Notes: generated by a model from the letters alone, not told the origin. A DNA stretch of 64,000 bases from Flavobacteriales bacterium (GCA_018645865.1 JABGVU010000038.1:392-64391), one strand, 5' to 3'. Positions 29,508-39,616 are shown, counted from the stretch's first letter. Made by a program: numbers and translations.

Positions 29508-31546
29508 TAGTTTCCTATTGATTTTTTGAATTTTGCACTTAAAGTGATATCCATTTCGTAGTCACTGTAAATGCTTGTGAATTCGTTAATAGGACTGCTA
29601 TTAAATGAGACAATGCTTATTAGTTTTTTAACATTGTTAAAATTAGTATAATTCATTTGAATACTAGTGGTATTTATTTGGCTTACTAAATTATTTGCAT
29701 CAGTTGAAGCAGCTAATATTGTAGTGCCAGCTAATAAGGTGTCAATTACTAGATTTTGATTATCCAGCAGTATTAATTTCAGACTGGCATCTAATGGCAA
29801 TCCATTTTTAATGGTAATAAATAATTGATCTACTTCTAAATCCTCTGAATTTAAGGTGCTAATTGCAGTTGTATCAATTAAAGTTAAATTTTTAGCAATA
29901 AAACTTAATGGAATTTCCATATTCATAGATGCTTTTATAGGGTATTCAGGATATAAAAAATCATCAGTGCTTGCTTGCCCGTTCGGATTTATATAGAATG
30001 TAGCCTGTGTAACAATCCTCTCAGGTAAAATCTCTAACATTTCATCTGCATCAATTATTATTTCAGTTACCGTTTGATTAATAAGTAACCCATTTCCGAT
30101 TAAAGAAGCTCTATCTATACTGTAGTTATGGCCAATGATAGTATTCCCATTTTGATCCATACCAGCAGAGATTGTAGTATTCGAATTGGAGGTACTAAAA
30201 TCATTAATTTGTATCGCTGCATCTGCACCTATGAAGTTTTCAAATTTTATTTTTAAATCTGCTTTTTCTAGATCAAAAATATCAGCATTTATTTTATTAA
30301 ATAGTGTGAATTCTTTTATTTCAGGCCCAAACTCAATGGTGTCTTGCCCAAGATAGCCTTTAGCGTATTCTGCGGTAATATCAAATTCAACATATGAATA
30401 AAAACTATCAATATAGTTTATCGTCTCCAGTTCTCCTGTTGAATCAATAAATGTGTATGATTCAGTATAAATAGTATTTATTGTATCATCACCCAATCGC
30501 CCATTTTGACCTGTAAGATCTAATACATATCCCTTAAAGTCAAATACAAAAGTAGTAAGATCTGTATTTGTTGCTTCAGGAACAATCATATCCCCACTTG
30601 TAAAAGACAGGCCATTTTTTTTAAGTGATGGGATATTATAAATCATTTTCCCATTTGGTAAGGTGCTTAATACATATATTGTTACTGTTCCTGATTTGAT
30701 TCCTATCTCTTTTACTTGTGCACCACCCATATCAAAAGAATGTTCTTTTAGGGTTTCCGTTAATTGTTGTTCAGGAAAGATAGCTGTGGCTTCAGTAATC
30801 CCAATATCAGATATGGTTATAGTTGTAATAATTGCATCTGAATAGTCTATTAATACTGGACTATTACTTGCATTAATATCCATATTATCTAGTACAGCTA
30901 CAAGATTTTTATCTATTGTTTGCCCAGCAATAGAAACACTATCTGAAACAATACCTCCTGAAGGAATTAATGGAAAAGAGAAAGTCGCAATTGTATTTTG
31001 ATTTGTAGCGTTAATTAATGATAAATTGACATTTGAGATATCAGTTGGATAACCGTTATTTAATTCAATAATTAACATACCCCTATATAAAGTCATTGTT
31101 TCAAAATATTCACTCGCATCAACATTAATTGTATCTCCATTAGCAATATTTGGCATTGCAGGAATACTATTGGTACTTCCATCTGGTAAAAGTAGTGTGC
31201 CAAATGGGATCTCGTTAATTGCCTCTCCTATTGTTGCTGTATCAGTAATAACTACATCAGCAAAACTTGCCGAATCTAATGTGTGTGTTTGCTTATCAGC
31301 AATAGCATCAATTTTAATTAGAGTATCCAAATTCATATCTATGAATTCTTGCTGAAATACAAGGGTAATAAACCCCTCTTCATTCTCATTAATAATCAGA
31401 TTGGAATCTGACAACATATCATTGATGTTAATCTTTGAATGCGCCAGCGATGAAATTATATCTACATCCCAAGTTGGCTTCTCTAATTCATGTTTACAAG
31501 CAAAGAATAGCAAAACACAAAGACTAAGAAGTGTTATTTTATTCAT
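29507..31546 (-). CDS. hypothetical surface/periplasmic lipoprotein
   Basis: 679 aa with lipobox LLFFAC (Cys17). T/N/I/D-rich and beta-rich, with no catalytic motif recognised. Confidence 0.6.
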   Translation of the reverse strand: MNKITLLSLCVLLFFACKHELEKPTWDVDIISSLAHSKININDMLSDSNLIINENEEGFITLVFQQEFIDMNLDTLIKIDAIADKQTHTLDSASFADVVITDTATIGEAINEIPFGTLLLPDGSTNSIPAMPNIANGDTINVDASEYFETMTLYRGMLIIELNNGYPTDISNVNLSLINATNQNTIATFSFPLIPSGGIVSDSVSIAGQTIDKNLVAVLDNMDINASNSPVLIDYSDAIITTITISDIGITEATAIFPEQQLTETLKEHSFDMGGAQVKEIGIKSGTVTIYVLSTLPNGKMIYNIPSLKKNGLSFTSGDMIVPEATNTDLTTFVFDFKGYVLDLTGQNGRLGDDTINTIYTESYTFIDSTGELETINYIDSFYSYVEFDITAEYAKGYLGQDTIEFGPEIKEFTLFNKINADIFDLEKADLKIKFENFIGADAAIQINDFSTSNSNTTISAGMDQNGNTIIGHNYSIDRASLIGNGLLINQTVTEIIIDADEMLEILPERIVTQATFYINPNGQASTDDFLYPEYPIKASMNMEIPLSFIAKNLTLIDTTAISTLNSEDLEVDQLFITIKNGLPLDASLKLILLDNQNLVIDTLLAGTTILAASTDANNLVSQINTTSIQMNYTNFNNVKKLISIVSFNSSPINEFTSIYSDYEMDITLSAKFKKSIGN

Positions 31547-31550
31547 TTTA

Positions 31551-31558
31551 CAAAGATA
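31551..31558 (-). promoter_or_regulatory. -7 promoter box TATCTTTG (minus strand), 4 nt before the lipoprotein ATG
   Basis: The minus strand reads tatctttg-taaa-ATG, an exact TAnnTTTG. Confidence 0.5.
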
Positions 31559-31729
31559 AAATAATAATCAGAATATACGGTTTGCTACTAAGAAGTATAA
31601 TTATTGGCTCAAAAGACAGTATATAATCAATTGCTATTTTCGCTTAATAATAAAATGATTTTGAAAGAATCTAAAACGAATAGAAATCTTTATTGGTGGA
31701 CTTTGGGTTAGAAATAGGATGAATAACTA

Positions 31730-31741
31730 ATCTTTAAAGAT
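31730..31741. repeat. perfect 12-bp palindrome atctttaaagat
   Basis: Read directly. Lies in a non-coding stretch, 1 nt from the next palindrome. Confidence 0.9.
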
Positions 31742-31742
31742 C

Positions 31743-31758
31743 AGTAGAATATTCTACT
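31743..31758. repeat. perfect 16-bp palindrome agtagaatattctact
   Basis: Read directly. A tattctac half-site recurs at about 31852. Confidence 0.9.
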
Positions 31759-31876
31759 CCATTAATTTCAGAAATAAACTATTTAATGGTATAGGAATAA
31801 TTCTCGATTTCTACTGAAATACCATTTATACAAATCTATTTGCTGCACCTATATTCTACCATCCATATTTTGGGCA

Positions 31877-31902
31877 TAAAAAAAGACCCTAAAAAGGGTC
31901 TT
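31877..31902 (-). terminator. rho-independent terminator of the tRNA gene
   Basis: The minus strand has hairpin aagaccct-tttt-agggtctt followed by tttttt, 10 nt after the tRNA 3' end. Confidence 0.8.
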
Positions 31903-31912
31903 ATTTATCTAG

Positions 31913-31986
31913 TAGCGTGAGGGAGATTTGAACTCCCGACCTCAGGGTTATGAATCCTGCGCTCTAACCAACTGAGCTACCACGCC
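31913..31986 (-). tRNA. tRNA with CAT anticodon: elongator tRNA-Met, or possibly lysidine-modified tRNA-Ile2
   Basis: 74-nt cloverleaf folded by hand: GGCGTGG TA GCTC AGTTGGTTA GAGC G CAGGA TTCATAA CCCTG AGGTC GGGAG TTCAAAT CTCCC TCACGCT A. It has G-T wobbles at 1-72 and 7-66 and an A-C mismatch at 31-39. CCA is not encoded. It lacks the initiator hallmarks (no C1-A72, no three G-C pairs in the anticodon stem). Confidence 0.9.
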
Positions 31987-31996
31987 AAAACGGTTG

Positions 31997-32004
31997 CAAA
32001 TATA
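31997..32004 (-). promoter_or_regulatory. -7 promoter box TATATTTG (minus strand) for the tRNA
   Basis: Exact TAnnTTTG ending 10 nt before the mature tRNA 5' end. Confidence 0.6.
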
Positions 32005-32042
32005 TTGTTTTCACTTAGTCTGAAATATTTTTTAGAAAAAAT

Positions 32043-32786
32043 TTATGACCTGCCTTTCTCTTCTAATAAACTAGTATAATGTTTAAGCGATCTAAGAATG
32101 AAAATAAAAATACCAGTTACACCCAATATATCTACTGTGCAATCAGATATACTCCAATTATTAGAGCCAGAATAAGTTCTAAAAACCTCAATAAATGAAA
32201 AGCCAACAACAGCCGCTAATACACTAGCATATTCTCTTCTGAGTACTGTAATTATGGAAAATTGAGTATCTGATTTCTTAAAATTTAATATTGATGGAAA
32301 AAAAGCTGGTAATTCAGCAGACCAATTTAAGTAATCTTTTCCAAATTTACGCTCCAAGAATCGCTCCTCAGCAAACATAATTCTTTCATAATATATCCAA
32401 AATAATAAACTCATAATTATAGCAAAATAAATATTAAAAGAGGCTAAAGATATTCCTAACCAGATAAGATAATTCCCCAAGTAAAGCGGATGCCTAACCA
32501 TAGAATACATCCCTGAAGAATTTAATACATCAGCAACTTGCTCTTTTGTATTTCTTCCACTAGTGCCTTTTGGAGTCGTCCCTATGGTATAGAAACGAAC
32601 AAAAAAACCCAAAACAGAGATTGAAATTGCTGTTAACATAAAAAAATTATGCTGCCTGTAACTAATTATATTATAATCAGTTAAGAAAATAAATGGTACT
32701 GATAAAATAAAAAGAAGTACTGGAAACTGCCCTCTATATTTAAATAAAAAATTACCTTGTTTTTCTAATGATTGTACTAAAGCCAT
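32043..32786 (-). CDS. isoprenylcysteine carboxyl / phospholipid methyltransferase-family membrane protein
   Basis: 247 aa, polytopic, with MVRHPLYLGNYLIWLGISL and EERFLERKFG motifs typical of ICMT/PEMT-like enzymes. Confidence 0.7.
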   Translation of the reverse strand: MALVQSLEKQGNFLFKYRGQFPVLLFILSVPFIFLTDYNIISYRQHNFFMLTAISISVLGFFVRFYTIGTTPKGTSGRNTKEQVADVLNSSGMYSMVRHPLYLGNYLIWLGISLASFNIYFAIIMSLLFWIYYERIMFAEERFLERKFGKDYLNWSAELPAFFPSILNFKKSDTQFSIITVLRREYASVLAAVVGFSFIEVFRTYSGSNNWSISDCTVDILGVTGIFIFILRSLKHYTSLLEEKGRS

Positions 32787-32797
32787 AAATAATATAG

Positions 32798-32805
32798 TAT
32801 CTTTG
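32798..32805 (+). promoter_or_regulatory. -7 promoter box TATCTTTG for the gene at 32835
   Basis: Exact TAnnTTTG, 29 nt upstream of the ATG. Confidence 0.5.
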
Positions 32806-32818
32806 TAAAATTAGTTTG

Positions 32819-32826
32819 CAAATTTA
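32819..32826 (-). promoter_or_regulatory. -7 promoter box TAAATTTG (minus strand) for the methyltransferase gene
   Basis: Exact TAnnTTTG on the minus strand, 32 nt upstream of the ATG at 32786. It crosses the plus-strand box. Confidence 0.45.
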
Positions 32827-32834
32827 TTAAATAT

Positions 32835-33221
32835 ATGCCAGAATTAATCAAACATTCATTAGAATTTCCTATAAATTCATCAGTAAGTATCTTATACAAG
32901 CGACTTAGCACACCTAGTGGTTTATCCGAATGGTTTGCTAATGATGTAATAGTTAAAGATAAAATATTTACTTTTTTTTGGGAGAACAGCAAACAAGAAG
33001 CAAAATTATTAAAGTCTAGAACTGATCATTTTATTCGTTTTAAATGGGAGGACAATAATACAAAAGACGATTATTTTGAGTTCTTAATCCAAGTTGATGA
33101 AATGACTTCAGATGTTTCTTTAATTATTACTGATTTTGCTGAAGATAAGCAAGATCAAGAGGAACAAACTAGTCTTTGGAGAAAGCAAATTAGTCTTCTT
33201 AAGATAACTATTGGTTCATAA
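32835..33221 (+). CDS. START/AHSA1-like (SRPBCC) small protein
   Basis: 128 aa. N-terminus SVSILYKRLSTPSGLSEWFA resembles the Bacteroidota START-like family. Tentative. Confidence 0.45.
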   Translation: MPELIKHSLEFPINSSVSILYKRLSTPSGLSEWFANDVIVKDKIFTFFWENSKQEAKLLKSRTDHFIRFKWEDNNTKDDYFEFLIQVDEMTSDVSLIITDFAEDKQDQEEQTSLWRKQISLLKITIGS

Positions 33222-33240
33222 TTCTTAATTTATCTTCTTT

Positions 33241-34629
33241 ATGAAAAGATTACACCTTTTCCTAATCAAATCATTTATAGGCTCTTTTATAGCAACATTT
33301 TTTATTGCAATTTTTTTATTATTAATGCAATTCCTGTGGAAGTACATTGACGACCTAGTTGGAAAAGGGCTTGAATTCACACAAATTGCTGAACTTATCT
33401 TTTACGCATCAACTCGTTTTGTTCCTGTAGCACTTCCTATTGCTATGTTACTTTCATCCGTAATGGTATTTGGAAAACTTGGCGAAAACTATGAACTTGC
33501 AGCCCTAAAGGCATCAGGAATTTCTCTTATTAGGATGCTTTTTCCACTAACAATCTTTGTCATTATAATAAGTTATTCTTCTTTTTTGTTTTCAAACTAT
33601 ATAATGCCAATTGCTAATCTTAAGAATGGAAGCATGATATATGACATCCAAAAAAAGAAACCGGCATTAAACATAAAAGAAGGGATATTTTATAACGACA
33701 TTGAAGGTTTTAGTATTAAAGTAACGAAAAAAAATACTGATGGTAAAACCTTAAAAAATATCATTATTTACGATCATACAGCAAATAATGGCAACGACAA
33801 AATTATTATTGCTGAGAGTGGAACAATGCAATTAACAAAGGATGAGCAATTTTTGGAGCTAATTCTATACAATGGTCATTCCTACATTGACATTGCTAAA
33901 AACAATAGAAAAGCAAAAAAACCTTACAGAACTACACATTTTAAAGAGGATTTAATACGGTTTAATTTATCCAGCTTCAGTACAATGAAGAATAGTGAAA
34001 ATTTATACAAAGGACATTATGCTATGTTAAGCAATAAACAATTAGCCATAGCTATCGATTCCTTAAATCTAAAATTTAAAGAAAGAGAAAAAGCTTTTAC
34101 AATTAACATTATAGATAAATATAACTCAGAATTGGAAATGGATAGCTTATTTGTTTTAGATGATTTAAGTTTAGTAAAGCAAAAACAACAATTTGATATA
34201 GCTATTAATAAATTGAGAACTATTAAGTCAATTTTAAAATCTAATAAGGATGATTTGGAATATCGTAAAATAATTATTACTAAACACGAAATAGAATGGC
34301 ACAGAAAAATTAGTTTAGCTGTGGCATGCTTATTATTATTCTTGATAGGATCCTCAATGGGAGCAATCATTCGGAAAGGAGGTTTTGGACTTCCCGTCTT
34401 GATTTCAGTATTCTTTTTTCTAATATATCATGTGTTAAGTATGATTGGTGAAAAGTCAGCAAAGGATTTAAGTATGCATGCCTATGAAGGTATTTGGTTA
34501 GCCAATATAATATTTTTACCTATTGCATTGTTTTTAGTCTACAAGGCAAAAAATGATTCTCAATTATTAGATTTAAGCTCTGTATTTAAACGAATTATTC
34601 CCTTAGTTAAAAAGAGAAAAATACAGTAA
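33241..34629 (+). CDS. LptF/LptG-family (YjgP/YjgQ) LPS export permease
   Basis: 462 aa. Three N-terminal TM helices, a large periplasmic loop, then three C-terminal TM helices (ELAALKASGISL motif). Confidence 0.75.
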   Translation: MKRLHLFLIKSFIGSFIATFFIAIFLLLMQFLWKYIDDLVGKGLEFTQIAELIFYASTRFVPVALPIAMLLSSVMVFGKLGENYELAALKASGISLIRMLFPLTIFVIIISYSSFLFSNYIMPIANLKNGSMIYDIQKKKPALNIKEGIFYNDIEGFSIKVTKKNTDGKTLKNIIIYDHTANNGNDKIIIAESGTMQLTKDEQFLELILYNGHSYIDIAKNNRKAKKPYRTTHFKEDLIRFNLSSFSTMKNSENLYKGHYAMLSNKQLAIAIDSLNLKFKEREKAFTINIIDKYNSELEMDSLFVLDDLSLVKQKQQFDIAINKLRTIKSILKSNKDDLEYRKIIITKHEIEWHRKISLAVACLLLFLIGSSMGAIIRKGGFGLPVLISVFFFLIYHVLSMIGEKSAKDLSMHAYEGIWLANIIFLPIALFLVYKAKNDSQLLDLSSVFKRIIPLVKKRKIQ

Positions 34630-34661
34630 ATCTTAGTATTTTTACAATCTAAAATTACAAT

Positions 34662-35873
34662 ATGGGTTTCAACACTATAGAAGAAGCAATTCAAGACATT
34701 AAAGCTGGTAAAGTAGTCATTGTAATTGATGATGAAAATAGAGAAAATGAAGGGGACTTTGTTGCTGCCGCTGAGATGGCAACTGCTGAAATGATTAACT
34801 TTATGGTAACACATGGTAGAGGATTAATTTGCACTCCCCTGCTTGAAAGTAGATGTCAAGAATTAGGATTGGAATTGATGATTGGGAAAAACACAGCTGC
34901 CTACGAAACACCTTTCACTATTTCAGTCGACCTAATGGGATATGGCTGTACTACAGGTATCTCTGCTTCTGATAGAGCAAAAACAGTAAAGGCACTTGTT
35001 GATCCTAACATTAATCCTAATGAACTGGGTAAACCTGGACACATATTCCCTTTAAAGGCTCGAGAAGGAGGGGTTTTAAGACGGGCAGGACATACTGAAG
35101 CTTCTATTGATTTAGCTCGTCTTGCAGGACTTGAGCCTGCAGGAGTCATTGTTGAAATATTAAGTGAAGATGGTTCAATGGCAAGAACCCCAGAATTACA
35201 TAAAATTGCTGAAAAATTTGATCTAAAGTTTATTACTATTAAAGACTTAATAGAATATAGAATGAAAAATGAATCATTAATAACAGAAGAAGCTAAGGTA
35301 CAATTACCAACTGATTATGGTGATTTTAAGATGAAAGCTTTCAAACAAACAACAAACGGACAATTACATTTAGCTATCTACAAAGGAGAGTGGAAGGCAG
35401 ATGAGGACGTACTTGTAAGAGTGCATTCATCTTGTATGACAGGAGATATATTTGGCTCATGCAGATGCGATTGTGGCCCTCAATTACAAACAGCATTAAA
35501 ACAAATTGAAACTGAAGGTAAGGGCATTTTAGTTTATATGAATCAGGAGGGTAGAGGGATTGGATTGTTAGGAAAATTAAAAGCTTACGAATTGCAAGAA
35601 AAGGGCCGAGATACTGTGGAGGCAAATACTGAATTAGGATTTAATGCTGACGATAGAGATTATGGTGTTGGGGCTCAAATTCTAAGAGCAATGAAAGTAA
35701 GTAAAATTCGATTATTAAGTAATAATCCTAAAAAAAGAGTTGGGCTTATTGGCTATGGAATTGAAATTGTAGGAAATGTTGCTTTAGAGATAGCTTCTAA
35801 TATTCATAATGAATTCTACCTAAAAACAAAAAGAGATAAAATGGGTCATTCTCTTAAAAAGTTAAATGACTAA
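34662..35873 (+). CDS. ribBA: bifunctional 3,4-dihydroxy-2-butanone-4-phosphate synthase / GTP cyclohydrolase II
   Basis: 403 aa. [10 protein letters not shown] (RibB), and CRCDCGPQL zinc site plus [10 protein letters not shown] (RibA). Confidence 0.93.
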   Translation: MGFNTIEEAIQDIKAGKVVIVIDDENRENEGDFVAAAEMATAEMINFMVTHGRGLICTPLLESRCQELGLELMIGKNTAAYETPFTISVDLMGYGCTTGISASDRAKTVKALVDPNINPNELGKPGHIFPLKAREGGVLRRAGHTEASIDLARLAGLEPAGVIVEILSEDGSMARTPELHKIAEKFDLKFITIKDLIEYRMKNESLITEEAKVQLPTDYGDFKMKAFKQTTNGQLHLAIYKGEWKADEDVLVRVHSSCMTGDIFGSCRCDCGPQLQTALKQIETEGKGILVYMNQEGRGIGLLGKLKAYELQEKGRDTVEANTELGFNADDRDYGVGAQILRAMKVSKIRLLSNNPKKRVGLIGYGIEIVGNVALEIASNIHNEFYLKTKRDKMGHSLKKLND

Positions 35874-36882
35874 AGAACCTATTATTTTAGGAATAGAATC
35901 ATCCTGTGATGATACTTCTGCTGCTATTTTACATGGACAAAAAATATTGTCAAATATTGTAGCTAACCAGCAGGTACATTCATTATATGGTGGGGTTGTT
36001 CCTGAATTAGCTTCTAGAGCACATCAACAAAATATTATCCCTGTTGTAGATGCTGCAATTAAAAAAGCAAATATAAATAAAGAAGATATCTCAGCTATTG
36101 CCTTTACAAAAGGTCCTGGGCTTTTAGGTTCGCTTTTAGTAGGAAGCTCTTTTGCAAAATCCTTTGCTATGGGTATGAATATTCCACTTATAGCTGTGAA
36201 TCATATGCAAGGTCATATCCTCTCCCACTTTATTGATGAAGGAGAACCTATTCCCAAATTTCCATTTTTATGTCTTACGGTTTCAGGAGGACATACTCAA
36301 ATTGTAAGAGTTGAAAGTGCTAGCAATATGCAAGTAATTGGTACTACGATTGATGATGCAGCAGGAGAGGCTTTTGATAAATCAGCAAAAATATTAGGAT
36401 TACCCTACCCTGGAGGGCCACACATTGATAAGCACGCAAAAAAGGGAAACATTCATACTTTTGCATTTGGAAAATCTAAAATAAAAGAACTAAATTTTAG
36501 CTTTAGCGGACTTAAAACTTCTATCCTTTATAAAATACAGAATAACTTACAAAAAAATCCAAGATTTATTGAAGAGAATTTGGAGAATTTATGTGCTTCT
36601 ATTCAGCATAGTATTGTAAGTATTTTACTCAATAAGTTAGAGAAAGCAATAAAACTAACAGGCATAAAACAGTTAGCAATCGCTGGTGGCGTATCTGCTA
36701 ATTCCTACTTGAGAAGTGAATTGGGAAAATTAGCTATAGATAAAGGGCATCAGCTTTACATTCCAAAATTTGAATACTGTACTGATAATGCTGCTATGAT
36801 TGCTATAACTGGTTATTTTAAATATTTAGATAACAATTTTATTGACCAAAGCGAAACCCCTTCTGCCCGCCTATCCTTTTAA
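35866..36882 (+). CDS. tsaD: tRNA N6-adenosine threonylcarbamoyltransferase
   Basis: 338 aa. [26 protein letters not shown] motifs. Confidence 0.93.
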   Translation: MTKEPIILGIESSCDDTSAAILHGQKILSNIVANQQVHSLYGGVVPELASRAHQQNIIPVVDAAIKKANINKEDISAIAFTKGPGLLGSLLVGSSFAKSFAMGMNIPLIAVNHMQGHILSHFIDEGEPIPKFPFLCLTVSGGHTQIVRVESASNMQVIGTTIDDAAGEAFDKSAKILGLPYPGGPHIDKHAKKGNIHTFAFGKSKIKELNFSFSGLKTSILYKIQNNLQKNPRFIEENLENLCASIQHSIVSILLNKLEKAIKLTGIKQLAIAGGVSANSYLRSELGKLAIDKGHQLYIPKFEYCTDNAAMIAITGYFKYLDNNFIDQSETPSARLSF

Positions 36883-37716
36883 AAATTTAATTGTCACGTC
36901 AATTGCTTCTTGTAAATCTTTTGGAAATTTTGCTAAATCATAAGGATGAAAACCATCCAGCACATGATTAGCTCCATCAATAATATGCAGGTGTGTATTT
37001 TTATTCCAGCTTTTAATTTTTTCTGCTTCAGTAAGTAAAACAGTAGAATCATCACTACCATGCACTACCAAATGTGGAACACTTATTTTAGTTACAGCAG
37101 CTTCTATATTCAAACGTTCAGCATTACCTACGCAATTTTCATAAAATTGAAAATACATAGGCATATTTTGCTTTGTTCTTCCGTTATAGATATAAGCCAC
37201 ATTCATCTCCTTCCATTTAACCAATTTCTCTCCCTTTGGCAATCTATCTAAAAAATTAGAAGGTGAAGCCCAGCCTATAACTTTGGATATTCTACTATCT
37301 TCTGCAGTTTTTAACATTGCAATACTACCACCTCTACTATGTCCAAATAATGAAATTCTGGAAGTATCAATCTCTCCTTTTAGTTCCTGATAATTCTCTA
37401 TCCAATCCAATACTAAGCTTAAATCATCTAATTCCTTACAGAAATTATTATTTCCAAAAGCTTTCAAATCGACAAAATTAATTGGATCGTTTGTTGTTGT
37501 TCCGTTAAATGAAAAATTGAATTTTACAAACACAATATCATTGTCTGCAAAATGAGTTGCAATTTTATTAAAAGGTCCCCAATCCTTAAATCCTTTAAAA
37601 CCATGACAGAAAACAACTACTTGCTTGGCTTCTGTATTGGCTTTAAAAGTAGCATCAATCAAAATAGGCTTACCCGCAGAACCATCAACAACTATGTTAT
37701 TAAGATTTTGTATCAT
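36871..37716 (-). CDS. alpha/beta-fold hydrolase
   Basis: 281 aa. Nucleophile elbow GHSRGG, late HGSDD and NH catalytic candidates. Its 3' end overlaps tsaD by 12 nt (convergent). Confidence 0.7.
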   Translation of the reverse strand: MIQNLNNIVVDGSAGKPILIDATFKANTEAKQVVVFCHGFKGFKDWGPFNKIATHFADNDIVFVKFNFSFNGTTTNDPINFVDLKAFGNNNFCKELDDLSLVLDWIENYQELKGEIDTSRISLFGHSRGGSIAMLKTAEDSRISKVIGWASPSNFLDRLPKGEKLVKWKEMNVAYIYNGRTKQNMPMYFQFYENCVGNAERLNIEAAVTKISVPHLVVHGSDDSTVLLTEAEKIKSWNKNTHLHIIDGANHVLDGFHPYDLAKFPKDLQEAIDVTIKFLKG

Positions 37717-37737
37717 CTAATATTTAAATACTGAGAT

Positions 37738-38415
37738 CTAATAAGGTAAGTTAATTTTCTTTTCTACTGATCCATCATCATAAATGTAAAAGAGTGGCCT
37801 ATCAATAGTCACTTTACTTTCATGACCTAATACATCTATAATTTTAACTAGATTTCTGTTATTATTTACTATCTCTTGATCAGTTACTGCTAATACCTGA
37901 TTCACTATCCTCACACTATCCATAACAACTGCCACTAGAGGAGCATCATTTCCATCCGTTTGTACAGCACCTATGTTCTCAACTATATTAAAGCCATTTA
38001 TAGTATTTCCAAAAACAGGATGTTTGGAGCTTAAAGGAGCTTTATTAAAATCAAGATAAGTATTATTCACCAAATTAATAAAGAATTGACAAGTCCCCGT
38101 GTTAGGGCCAGAATTTGCCATAGAAATTGTTCCTTGTATATTACTTAATGAAACATCAAATTCATCTATAATTGATGGAGGAGTAGGCGATCCATCACCC
38201 CCCTGAATCATAAAATTATCAATTACTCTATGGAAAATAACCCCATCATAAAACTTTTGGCTAACAAGATTAACAAAATTACTTACTGTATTAGGGACTA
38301 TGGTGTCGTAAAGCGCTAAATTAATGGTACCATAATTTGTGTAAATTGCCACTTCCGTTTGAGCCTTAGTTGAAAAAGAAAAAAACATAATAAATAAGGC
38401 TAGTAGTAATTTCAT
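37738..38415 (-). CDS. secreted cyclophilin-type peptidyl-prolyl isomerase with a short conserved C-terminal tail
   Basis: 225 aa with signal peptide (FSFSTKAQ). Cyclophilin motifs [14 protein letters not shown] and [17 protein letters not shown]-terminal tail [30 protein letters not shown]. Confidence 0.85.
   Translation of the reverse strand: MKLLLALFIMFFSFSTKAQTEVAIYTNYGTINLALYDTIVPNTVSNFVNLVSQKFYDGVIFHRVIDNFMIQGGDGSPTPPSIIDEFDVSLSNIQGTISMANSGPNTGTCQFFINLVNNTYLDFNKAPLSSKHPVFGNTINGFNIVENIGAVQTDGNDAPLVAVVMDSVRIVNQVLAVTDQEIVNNNRNLVKIIDVLGHESKVTIDRPLFYIYDDGSVEKKINLPY
37741..37848 (-). other. 36-aa mini C-terminal domain, copy 1
   Basis: [36 protein letters not shown]. Aligns without gaps to copies 2 and 3 over the core D-x-L-G-[RH]-x8-P-L-[FL]-Y-x-Y-[DE]-[DN]-G-x-V-E-K-x-I. 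Confidence 0.7.
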
Positions 38416-38444
38416 AATTTTAAATTTATATTGTTAATTTTTTA

Positions 38445-39581
38445 TCACTCAATAACTATCGTTTTCTCCACCGTTCCATCATCATACCTATATAACAAAG
38501 GCACATTGTTAGTTGGGTTCGTTTTTCTACCCAATGCATCCGTAACGAATAATAATGTCTTTGGCGCTTTAAATTCATCAATTGCTGTGCTCATGTTGAC
38601 CGTAATACTAAGCGTTTGGCTATCCTGAATACAAGCTAAATTAGTAATAGCCGTAAGGATAACCGTATAGCTACCATTTAAAGCATACGTATGCGTGGGG
38701 TTTTCAGCTGTTGATGTTTGTCCATCTCCAAAATCCCAAAGCAAACTTTCATAATTGGAAGAAAGGTTTGTAAGAGAGATACTATCATGATTTTGTACAT
38801 AAGAATAATCAGTATTAAAAATATTCCAAACCGCAAGGCTATCTAATACTGTACTACTACCTATTTGTTGTAAGCTATATGCAGTTACTGAATCAATAGC
38901 ATTTGGCCAATAACTACTCCCTTCTGCACTCTTCTTAAAGATACTGGCATAAAAAGTGCAAGCCGCTAAATAACTTCCATAAATACTAGGGTGACTATTG
39001 TCAGAAGAATATAAATTAAGAGTACTATCTATTGCAATTGATGCCTTCCAGGCCATACCCACTGGTGCACAAGATGCGCTATCGTTAAAAGCCATTTCTA
39101 AATAACTTTCCCTTAACCTTTGTTGCATTCCTAAATATGTACAGATTGGTGGGTAAAATTGACAGTTCTGCTGATCACCATACTTCCTACCCCAAGTCAT
39201 AAAGAACAAAGGTTCTGTACAGCTTGAGTTTGCATGAATAGAATCCACTAAAATTTCAGCATAAGGATAAGTATCGTTTGCTACTTGTCCTGGTGAGAAT
39301 GAAGGTTCTTGACTCTGCGCTTGCAATACTACATAATCCCATTGTTGCTGTTTAATTTTAGCAAGCGTTTGTATATTATTTGTATGAGTATTAAAGGTTG
39401 ATCCTCCAGGAGTACTACTATCGTAAATAAGTGAATCGCCAAATGAAAGTGCAATTTGCTTGACTAAATCAGGTAAATTATTAACATAAGTATAAGAATT
39501 CCCAATAAAAAGCACTTCTTTTCTTTGCTGAGCAATAATTAATAAAGGAAGAAAGGTGCATATTAGAATACATTTCTTCAT
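38445..39581 (-). CDS. secreted SGNH/GDSL-like hydrolase-fold protein with PKD domain and mini C-terminal tail
   Basis: 378 aa with a signal peptide. N-terminal VLFIGNSYTY (SGNH block I-like). PKD motif WDFGDGQTSTAENPTHTYALNGSYTVILTA. The tail matches its neighbours. Confidence 0.6.
   Translation of the reverse strand: MKKCILICTFLPLLIIAQQRKEVLFIGNSYTYVNNLPDLVKQIALSFGDSLIYDSSTPGGSTFNTHTNNIQTLAKIKQQQWDYVVLQAQSQEPSFSPGQVANDTYPYAEILVDSIHANSSCTEPLFFMTWGRKYGDQQNCQFYPPICTYLGMQQRLRESYLEMAFNDSASCAPVGMAWKASIAIDSTLNLYSSDNSHPSIYGSYLAACTFYASIFKKSAEGSSYWPNAIDSVTAYSLQQIGSSTVLDSLAVWNIFNTDYSYVQNHDSISLTNLSSNYESLLWDFGDGQTSTAENPTHTYALNGSYTVILTAITNLACIQDSQTLSITVNMSTAIDEFKAPKTLLFVTDALGRKTNPTNNVPLLYRYDDGTVEKTIVIE
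38448..38555 (-). other. 36-aa mini C-terminal domain, copy 2
   Basis: LLFVTDALGRKTNPTNNVPLLYRYDDGTVEKTIVIE. Confidence 0.7.
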
Positions 39582-39616
39582 GATTTAATGTTTTAGAATT
39601 TTAAATATAATTTATA

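Noticed and set aside
31547-32042. A tRNA-linked genomic island or integrative element.
   Set aside because: No integrase, no direct repeat of the tRNA 3' end, and no phage or transposon genes on either side. The flanking genes are ordinary envelope or housekeeping genes.
34630-34661. An FMN riboswitch upstream of ribBA.
   Set aside because: Only 32 nt separate the upstream stop from the ribBA ATG. That is far too short for the aptamer, and no conserved FMN-element sequence is seen.
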